32,000 bases of DNA from Candidatus Saccharimonadota bacterium. GTDB taxonomy: Bacteria; Patescibacteriota; Saccharimonadia; Saccharimonadales; UBA4665. How positions within the stretch are numbered: position 1 is the first letter of the stretch; each line of letters begins with the position of its first letter. The position numbers and the translations under genes are program-made. The stretch covers positions 1,080,001 through 1,112,000 of the forward strand of contig CP064992.1 of NCBI GenBank assembly GCA_016699935.1, written 5' to 3'. The notes under the pieces are model-generated. The model was not told the DNA's origin and did not search any database. It was given only the letters and a program-made list of their open reading frames with translations. This document shows positions 25,346 to 32,000 of the stretch, in pieces.

Positions 25346-26530
25346 TTACTTGGTTATTTTGGTTACCACGCCAGCACCGACGGTGCGGCCGCCTTCGCGG
25401 ATAGCGAAGCGCAGACCCTGCTCCATAGCAATAGGTGCAAGTAGCTTTACCTTAAAGGTGACAGTGTCACCAGGCATAACCATTTCTTTGTCGGCTGGAA
25501 GCTCAACCTCACCAGTCACGTCCGTTGTGCGGAAGTAGAACTGTGGCTTGTAGCCTTTGAAGAATGGCGTATGGCGGCCACCCTCTTCTTTGCTGAGGAT
25601 GTAAACTTCAGCGTCGAACTCGGTGTGAGGTGTGATGGTACCAGGCTTGGCAAGCACCTGACCGCGCTCGATGTCGTCGCGCTCAATACCACGCAGCAGT
25701 ACACCAGCGTTGTCGCCAGCTTGACCTTGGTCGAGGCTCTTTTTGAAAGCTTCGATACCGGTTACAACAGATTTGGCTGTTGGTCGGATACCAACGATCT
25801 CAACTTCTTCGTTGATTTTCACGATACCTTGTTCAATACGACCGGTAGCGACAGTGCCGCGACCCTTGATCGAGAAAACATCTTCGATAGGCATAATGAA
25901 TGGCTTGTCGAGATCACGGACAGGCTCTGGTAGGTAGTCGTCCATAGCTTGGACAAGTTCCATGACGGCGTCTTCGTCGGCAGCAGAACCTTCGAGTGCC
26001 TTGGTAGCAGAACCTTTGATGATTGGGCAGTCACGGTCGAAACCATTCTTTTCCAACAGATCGCGAATTTCTTCTTCGACGAGCTCGACGAGGTCGGCAT
26101 CGGCGAGGTCCATCTTGTTCATAAAGACCAAGATCTTTGGTACACCCACTTGGCGAGCCAAAAGGACGTGCTCGCGTGTTTGTGGCATAGGGCCATCAGC
26201 GGCAGATACGACTAGGATTGCACCGTCGACCTGAGCGGCGCCGGTAATCATGTTTTTGACGTAGTCGGCGTGACCTGGCATGTCGACGTGTGCGTAATGG
26301 CGCTTTTCGCTTTCGTACTCTTGGTGAGAAGTAGCGATGGTTATACCACGTGCTTTTTCCTCGGGAGCGTTATCAATCTGGTCGTAGTCGACCTTTTTGT
26401 TGGTGTCGCTTGGAAGTTTTTTAGCTAGTACGGATGTAATAGCTGCGGTTAGGGTTGTTTTGCCGTGGTCGACGTGGCCCATAGTACCAACGTTGACGTG
26501 AGGCTTAGTTCGGTCAAATACTCCTGCCAT
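25346..26530 (-). CDS. tuf: Elongation factor Tu
   Basis: Intact 394 aa; [22 protein letters not shown]. Confidence 0.98.
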   Translation of the reverse strand: MAGVFDRTKPHVNVGTMGHVDHGKTTLTAAITSVLAKKLPSDTNKKVDYDQIDNAPEEKARGITIATSHQEYESEKRHYAHVDMPGHADYVKNMITGAAQVDGAILVVSAADGPMPQTREHVLLARQVGVPKILVFMNKMDLADADLVELVEEEIRDLLEKNGFDRDCPIIKGSATKALEGSAADEDAVMELVQAMDDYLPEPVRDLDKPFIMPIEDVFSIKGRGTVATGRIEQGIVKINEEVEIVGIRPTAKSVVTGIEAFKKSLDQGQAGDNAGVLLRGIERDDIERGQVLAKPGTITPHTEFDAEVYILSKEEGGRHTPFFKGYKPQFYFRTTDVTGEVELPADKEMVMPGDTVTFKVKLLAPIAMEQGLRFAIREGGRTVGAGVVTKITK

Positions 26531-26740
26531 AATAGTGCTTCGCTTTGTAATGAGACAAAACCTCGCGGTTTTTTCTCATCGCGCCGGCAAAAAGACGTAA
26601 CTTTTTGTCGGGCTGCTCTTTTTCCTTCGAGCTACTAAAACGAGATCCTTTCTTTGGTTAGGTTAATTGTTAATAGTTGTTCACGCGGTCCATATTACTG
26701 CAACATACTACAGCAACGCCCTCACGCGAGATACACTGTA

Positions 26741-26770
26741 ATTGTACCGTAAACTACGATGTAAAATCAA
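26741..26770 (-). promoter_or_regulatory. Candidate tuf promoter
   Basis: Minus strand reads TTGATT (26765-26770), 18 nt, TACAAT (26741-26746). The leader of about 200 nt ends in a 13-bp hairpin (26540-26570) just before the ATG. Confidence 0.5.
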
Positions 26771-26782
26771 GTAAAACCAATG

Positions 26783-27136
26783 CTATTCGTATTTAAGCTT
26801 TAGATCGAGTTTGTCAGCGATTTGAAAAATCCATTTTTCCATGCGTACTTGTTGGGCGTCGCGAGCCACATTATCTTGTAGGATATCTTCAATGCGTTTC
26901 ATGTGGCCATCCAGTATCTGGAAAATTTTGTTTATTTTTGCATCGATTTCATCAAACCGTTTATCGTGTTCCTCGAGTTTGCTTTCAACGCGGAACAGTC
27001 GAGCATCCATAGCGTCGAACCGTTGATCCATAGCGTCGAACCGTTGATCCATAGCGTCGAACCGCTCGGAAACCATCGTGGTTATATCAGAAATAGCTCC
27101 GATTACATCATCCAGATCGGTTGGCTTCTTGGGCAT
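26783..27136 (-). CDS. Small coiled-coil protein with RFDAMDQ heptad repeats
   Basis: Intact 117 aa; ..SERFDAMDQRFDAMDQRFDAMDARLFRVESKLEEHDKRFDEIDAKI.. Confidence 0.6.
   Translation of the reverse strand: MPKKPTDLDDVIGAISDITTMVSERFDAMDQRFDAMDQRFDAMDARLFRVESKLEEHDKRFDEIDAKINKIFQILDGHMKRIEDILQDNVARDAQQVRMEKWIFQIADKLDLKLKYE
27005..27067. repeat. 3 x 21-bp tandem repeat (ATCCATAGCGTCGAACCGTTG) inside the coiled-coil ORF
   Basis: Two perfect units plus a third that diverges at its end. Confidence 0.9.
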
Positions 27137-27154
27137 AGTAGTCCTATTTTACAC

Positions 27155-29243
27155 CTATTTAGAGTTCTTGGCGATGATGGCTTCGGCGACGTTGTTTGGC
27201 ACGTCGGCGTAGTGGTCTAGTTCCATGCTGGAGCTGGCCCGGCCCTGGCTCATTGAGCGCAAGTTCGTCGTGTAACCAAACATCTCTCCAAGTGGAACGA
27301 ACGCTGTTATTTCCTTGATCCCAGACGAAAGATCTTCCATCGATTCAATCCGACCGCGCTTGCTATTTAGGTCACCTATGACGTCACCCATGAAACTTTC
27401 TGGTGTGACAACGACGACTTTCATAACTGGCTCGAGCAGTACTGGACCGGCTTTTTTGAAGCCATCCTGGAAGCCCATAGAACCAGCGATGCTGAAAGCC
27501 ATTTCAGAGGAGTCAACTTCGTGGTAACTACCATCGTACAACTCAACTTTGACGTCGACGACCGGGTAACCAGCTATCACACCATTGCTCATAGCTTCTT
27601 CTATACCCTTGCGGACGGCTGGGATGTATTCACTCGGCACCACACCACCTTTGATAGAGTTGATCCATTCAAAGCCGGCACCCTGTTCGTTGTGGCTGAG
27701 GCAAGAAGCCAGACGTCACCGTACTGACCGCGGCCACCACTCTGGCGGACAAACTTGCCCTGGGCTTCGACAGCATCTTTGCGGATGGTTTCTCGGTAGG
27801 CCACCTGCGGCTGGCCGATGTTTGCTTCAACGCTAAACTCGCGCTTCATGCGGTCAACCAAAATTTCGAGGTGTAGCTCACCCATACCAGATATAATCGT
27901 CTGGCCAGTTTCATCATCTACGCGCACTCGGAACGTTGGGTCTTCTTCGGCTAGGCGCTGGAGGGCTAGACTCATTTTCTCTTGATCGGCTTTGGTCTTT
28001 GGCTCAATCGCAATCGATACTGGTGGATCTGGGAAAGTAATGTTTTCGAGTTTAATCGGGTGAGCTGGGTCACATAGTGTGTTGCCAGTGGTTGTTCCCT
28101 TGAGCCCGACTATAGCGGCGATGTCGCCCGCCACCACTTCGGTGACGTCTTCGCGCTTGTCGGCTTGCATACGAACGATACGTCCGACGCGTTCTCTTTC
28201 ACCAGTGGAACTATTCAGCACATAGGAACCTGCTTGGAGCGTACCGGAGTAGACACGGAAATACGCGAGCTTACCGACAAATGGGTCGGTCGTGATTTTG
28301 AAAGCTAGACCCGAAAGAGGCTCTGTTTCGCTATGTTTGCGCTCAATTTCTTCGCCAGTTTTGGGGTGTACGCCCCAGGTGTTGCTACAGTCACTTGGTG
28401 CTGGCAGGTAGTCATTGACCATGTCGAGCACTTTTTCGACGATGACTCCGCGGCCATCACCACCGGTGACAGCATAGAACTTGCTACTTAAAACAGCACT
28501 ACGGATGGCTTGTTTGATTTCGTCAACTGAGAGACCTTCTTCGCCGACCTCAAAGTACTTTTCCAGAATAGCTTCGTCTTCGGCAACGGCATTTTCGATG
28601 AGTAGACTGCGATACTTTTTGACCTGCTCCATCATATCGGCTGGGATTTCGCCCTCTACAAGTTCGTGGTCGTGAAATTCGGTGTAGGTGTAGGCCTTCA
28701 TAGTGACAAGGTCGACAACGCCATTGATGCTCTGTTCGAAACCAATTGGTAGGTGAACCGGGAAGGCACGTTTGCTCAAGCGGTGGTGAATGCTGTCGAG
28801 GCTCTTGTAGAAATCGCCACCGGTTTGGTTGATTTTGTTGATGAAACAGATGCGTGGTACGCCGTATTTGTCGGCTTGACGCCAAACAGTTTCACTTTGG
28901 CTTTCGACACCCATCTTGCCGTCGAAGACGACACAGGCACCGTCGAGCACGCGGAGACTGCGTTCCACCTCGGCCGTGAAGTCTATATGGCCGGGAGTGT
29001 CGATGATGTTGATCTGGTGACCTTCCAAAAACAGGTCACAGCAGCCGAAACGATGGTGATGCCACGCTCACGTTCTTGCTCCATCCAGTCGGTGGTCGTG
29101 CCTCCTTCGTGAACAGCACCAATTTTGTGCTTTAGACCCGTACGATACAGAATTCCTTCTGTCGTAGTCGTTTTACCCGCATCGATATGGGCAATAATGC
29201 CGATATTGCGGATGTCTTTCATTAGTACTTTCTTGTCTGCCAT
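27155..29243 (-). CDS. fusA: Elongation factor G, frame broken twice
   Basis: 28983..29243 ([14 protein letters not shown]), 27601..29028 ([10 protein letters not shown]...) and 27155..27643 (C-terminal domains). Shifts lie near 29020-29030 and 27700-27715. Confidence 0.96.
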
Positions 29244-29255
29244 TTTGTCTCCTTA

Positions 29256-29287
29256 GAGTTAAGAGTTATGAGATAAGAGATAAGATC
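29256..29287. repeat. Inverted-repeat arm (downstream side) bracketing the four-helix-bundle gene
   Basis: GAGTTAAGAGTTATGAGATAAGAGATAAGA. This is the reverse complement of 29654-29683 at 28 of 30 positions and is built of GAGNTAA heptads. Confidence 0.9.
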
Positions 29288-29653
29288 TTATTTCGTACCA
29301 TTTGTTTTATTGATTAAACCTGTCAGTAGCTTGTGGCATTCTATGCTTGCATCGTCTAGACTTTGGTGTCTATCTTGCAAAATATAACCAACATCTTTTG
29401 CGACTAAGAGTTGCGCTTGTACTTCGTGCAATGACGCTCGTGCCATATCGTAAAAATGTGCTCGATCAGCCATCGTACGTCGACCAAAACCTTCAGCAAT
29501 ATTTGAAACTAATGAGACTGAAGCTCTTCGTATCTGGTTGGTTAGACCAAAGATTTCATCTCGTGGAAACTCTTTTGTAATCCTATAAATGTCTAGAGTC
29601 AGAGCGTGGGATTTCTGCCAAGCTATGAGGTCGCGAAATGTGTGGATACTCAT
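29288..29653 (-). CDS. Four-helix-bundle protein of the '23S rRNA intervening-sequence protein' family (Avd-like fold)
   Basis: Intact 121 aa; FRDLIAWQKSHALTLDIYRITKEFPRDEIFGLTNQIRRASVSLVSNIAEGFGR...FYDMARASLHEVQAQLLVAKDVGYI is the typical family signature. Confidence 0.85.
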   Translation of the reverse strand: MSIHTFRDLIAWQKSHALTLDIYRITKEFPRDEIFGLTNQIRRASVSLVSNIAEGFGRRTMADRAHFYDMARASLHEVQAQLLVAKDVGYILQDRHQSLDDASIECHKLLTGLINKTNGTK

Positions 29654-29683
29654 TCTTAACTCTTATCTCATATCTCTTAACTC
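29654..29683. repeat. Inverted-repeat arm (upstream side) bracketing the four-helix-bundle gene
   Basis: TCTTAACTCTTATCTCATATCTCTTAACTC, starting immediately after the start codon position. Confidence 0.9.
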
Positions 29684-29696
29684 TACTAAACGTAGT

Positions 29697-30176
29697 TTAG
29701 CCGCGGGCGAAGTGCGCGAAGGCGCGGTTAGCGTCGGCCATGCGGTGCGTATCTTCACGCTTCTTGACGGCTGAACCTTGATTGTTGTAAGCATCCATTA
29801 GCTCGGCAGCGATGCGGTCAGCCATGCTCATGCCCTTGCGGGAACGGCAGGCGGCGACGAACCACATGGTAGTCAGGTGATTTTGGCGCTGGCCTTTGAC
29901 TTCAAATGGAATCTGATAGTTGGCACCACCAACGCGGCGAGAGCGAGTCTCGACGTTCGGGCGTATATTGCCCATGGCTTGGTCAAATACGTCTAGTGGG
30001 TTTTCGACTTTCAGTTTGTCGGCAGCTTTTTGCATACCGGTATAGACTAGCCGCTCGGCGACTTGCTTTTTGCCGTCGCGCATAACGCGGTTGATGAGAC
30101 GCTGCACCGGCACACTGTTGTATATACGGTCAGCTGGTATGTCTCGAACTAGTGAGGCAGTTACTTTCCTAGGCAT
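29697..30176 (-). CDS. rpsG: 30S ribosomal protein S7
   Basis: The true start is MPRKVTASLVRDIPADRIYNS at 30176. The listed start at 30212 is a repeat-borne extension. Confidence 0.94.
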   Translation of the reverse strand: MPRKVTASLVRDIPADRIYNSVPVQRLINRVMRDGKKQVAERLVYTGMQKAADKLKVENPLDVFDQAMGNIRPNVETRSRRVGGANYQIPFEVKGQRQNHLTTMWFVAACRSRKGMSMADRIAAELMDAYNNQGSAVKKREDTHRMADANRAFAHFARG

Positions 30177-30189
30177 TAGAGGCTCCTTT

Positions 30190-30329
30190 CGGAGAGATTT
30201 AGCATTGAGCATTGAGCATTTTGCAGAAATTTAGCAGTTTGCATTTGGCAGAAATTGCTGATTGCGATATGTCTGCTACCTGATACCTGTAAAATTTCTG
30301 CTACCTGAAAATTGCTACCTGAAAAATGG
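30190..30329 (-). repeat. Heptad-registered intergenic element, copy F (rpsL | rpsG)
   Basis: ..GATTTAGCATTGAGCATTGAGCATTTTGCAGAAAT...CTGCTACCTGATACCTGTAAAATTTCTGCTACCTGAAAATTGCTACCTGAAAAATG. Confidence 0.88.
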
Positions 30330-30342
30330 AAGGGCGCAGTCA

Positions 30343-30756
30343 TTACTTGCTCTCCTTTTTGGCGCCGTATTTACTACGACCCTGTTTGCGGTTTTGGACG
30401 CCTTGGAGGTCTAGGGCGCCACGAACGATGTGATAACGCACACCTGGTAAGTCCTTGACACGACCGCCACGGATCATGACGACAGCGTGTTCTTGCAGGT
30501 TATGGCCTTCTCCGCCGATGTAGGCCCAGACTTCATAGCCATTGCCGAGTCGCACACGGGCAACCTTACGCAGAGCGGAGTTTGGTTTCTTTGGTGTTTT
30601 GGTGGTGACCTTGACGCACACGCCGCGCTTGAATGGTGCGGGTTTTTCGTAGTGTTTGGTCTTTAGGTTGTTGGTAACACGCATGAGCGCCGGGCTTTTG
30701 GTCTTCGTTTTGACCTTTGTCCGAGGCTTGCGCACCAGTTGGTCAATGGTAGGCAA
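30343..30756 (-). CDS. rpsL: 30S ribosomal protein S12 (TTG start)
   Basis: Intact 137 aa; (TTG)[11 protein letters not shown]...; SD GAGAAAGGGG upstream. Confidence 0.95.
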   Translation of the reverse strand: MPTIDQLVRKPRTKVKTKTKSPALMRVTNNLKTKHYEKPAPFKRGVCVKVTTKTPKKPNSALRKVARVRLGNGYEVWAYIGGEGHNLQEHAVVMIRGGRVKDLPGVRYHIVRGALDLQGVQNRKQGRSKYGAKKESK

Positions 30757-30903
30757 AATATGCCCCTTTCTCCAGGATTTTACCTGGGATAGCTAATTAC
30801 CGAAGAGAGTCTCACCCTGGATTACTCATGCCAAGGTGTAACATATCTCCTCTCCCGCCAAACCCGACCGTAGCCGGAGGCTCGAATTTGATATAACCCA
30901 TGT

Positions 30904-30932
30904 ATTGTACCAGAAACAACACAGGGTGACAA
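30904..30932 (-). promoter_or_regulatory. Candidate str-operon promoter
   Basis: Minus strand reads TTGTCA (30927-30932), 17 nt, TACAAT (30904-30909), followed by a leader of about 140 nt. Confidence 0.55.
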
Positions 30933-30988
30933 CTGGCTGGTTGTGCGCAATGCGAGTATACTGCTTGCATAAGCAACATGGAGTATGT

Positions 30989-31978
30989 ATGGACAACAAT
31001 GTAACACCGCCAATAAACCCAAATGACCAAAATATACTAGATACGCTTGAATCGGTACGGAGTGAACTCGTGCAAGACAACCCTTCGCCTATGCCCATTG
31101 CTTCACCACCAAAACGCCGCTCAAGAACATGGCTTTATGTAGTAGTAGGACTCGTTTTAATTGCTGGCACCGCTGCGGCTGCCTACAGCCTCACCAGACC
31201 AGAGAAAAAACCTGCGCCACCGAGCAAGGGCATATCTCAAAGCACGGGGAAAAAACAGACTCAAGCGGCAGCAACGACTGATATTTCGGCACTACTCTTG
31301 GCTGCAAAAAATGCTACTACTTCAAGCACACCGAATAGCGAAAATCTTGCACCCGATTATATGGTTGAGGGATACAATTATTACGCCGCGGCTCGCAAAG
31401 ATGATACAAAGGGCTTGGAAGTAAAACAACCGGAGGCAGCTATACAGCAAACCGCAAAAGACCTCGAAGCGTTTTTACTTGCAAAAGGTTTTGCCAAGTC
31501 GACGCAGCAAGTTAAGAACGCCTATTACCCCCTCACAAAATATGAAAATGCAGACACTTTATGCGGCATCAATTACTTCCTTGATCTTGCTGATACTCTT
31601 AAAACACTCTATATCACCTGCGCACTAAAATCTTCCTACCTGGCGACGGCTCAATTACAACAACCATTTTATGATACGTACCGCGCAGCGAACAAAGGCA
31701 GCCAGTACTTAACCGACGATAGTCGCCTCGGCTACCCAACCGTAAAGGACAGCCGGACGTCGGGCTATAAAGTTGCTGAGGCCGCCATATACTCCGAGGC
31801 AAGCCCAGGTGGTGCCATGGGCTTGTTCTATCAGACGCCAGATGGAACCTGGAACTTCTTTAAAGGCACACAGCAGTCTCTGATGTGCAAAGACTTCTCG
31901 TCGCCCGACCTCAAGAAGGCCTATGCTGGTGACCAGTGCTTTTCTGAGAACGGTTCTGCATCGACAGTAAAAGTGTAG
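30989..31978 (+). CDS. Hypothetical single-pass membrane protein with large extracytoplasmic domain
   Basis: The likely start is MDNNVTPP at 30989 (GGAG 5 nt upstream), not the listed 30905. It has a TM helix (WLYVVVGLVLIAGTAAAAYSL) followed by a Cys-containing domain of about 250 aa with no recognised family. Confidence 0.6.
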   Translation: MDNNVTPPINPNDQNILDTLESVRSELVQDNPSPMPIASPPKRRSRTWLYVVVGLVLIAGTAAAAYSLTRPEKKPAPPSKGISQSTGKKQTQAAATTDISALLLAAKNATTSSTPNSENLAPDYMVEGYNYYAAARKDDTKGLEVKQPEAAIQQTAKDLEAFLLAKGFAKSTQQVKNAYYPLTKYENADTLCGINYFLDLADTLKTLYITCALKSSYLATAQLQQPFYDTYRAANKGSQYLTDDSRLGYPTVKDSRTSGYKVAEAAIYSEASPGGAMGLFYQTPDGTWNFFKGTQQSLMCKDFSSPDLKKAYAGDQCFSENGSASTVKV

Positions 31979-32000
31979 ACATGCGACTTTTTTAAGCCTG

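Noticed and set aside
6024-30329. The possibility that the six repeated elements or the heptamer arrays form a CRISPR array
   Set aside because: The copies are kilobases apart and separated by essential genes, not by uniform 25-50 nt spacers. The heptamer units are far too short. No cas genes are present in the window.
6024-30329. The six-copy element as a classical MITE
   Set aside because: Not fully excluded, but I see no clean terminal inverted repeats followed by target-site duplications. All copies share one orientation and a fixed distance to an SD, and there are no indels between copies. I kept it as an unclassified element instead.

Overview
This window is almost entirely one minus-strand ribosomal super-operon, read from high to low coordinates. 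Gene order is rpsL, rpsG, [four-helix-bundle 'IVS protein' gene], fusA, [coiled-coil ORF], tuf, [J-domain ORF], rpsJ, [about 1.7-kb AT-rich two-gene cassette], rplC, rplD, rplW, rplB, rpsS, rplV, rpsC, rplP, rpmC, rpsQ, rplN, rplX, rplE, rpsN, rpsH, rplF, rplR, rpsE, [no rpmD], rplO, secY, infA, rpmJ, rpsM, rpsK, rpsD, rpoA, rplQ, rplM, rpsI. Downstream follow a small leader-controlled unit, trpS (fused to a tRNA-binding domain), rluD, holB and a TPR protein. A NUDIX gene (left edge) and a membrane-anchored hypothetical (right edge) lie on the plus strand.

The missing L30 gene and the K/A/P-rich ribosomal-protein tails suggest a CPR/Saccharibacteria-like bacterium using the standard genetic code. 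This lineage call is inference only.

Three things stand out:
- Intergenic spacers: many spacers in the operon are about 100-165 nt instead of a few nt. They are built from degenerate tandem heptamers whose left and right arms are reverse complements. One such element of about 135 nt occurs six times, co-linear, always just upstream of a ribosomal-protein SD.
- Foreign-looking insertions: an IVS-protein gene bracketed exactly by 30-nt inverted repeats, a two-gene cassette between rpsJ and rplC, a J-domain ORF, and a coiled-coil ORF.
- Frame breaks: about 30-35 single-base frame breaks hit clearly essential genes, many in short homopolymers. These are most likely assembly indels, not biology.

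All frame-shift positions are approximate and were read by eye.
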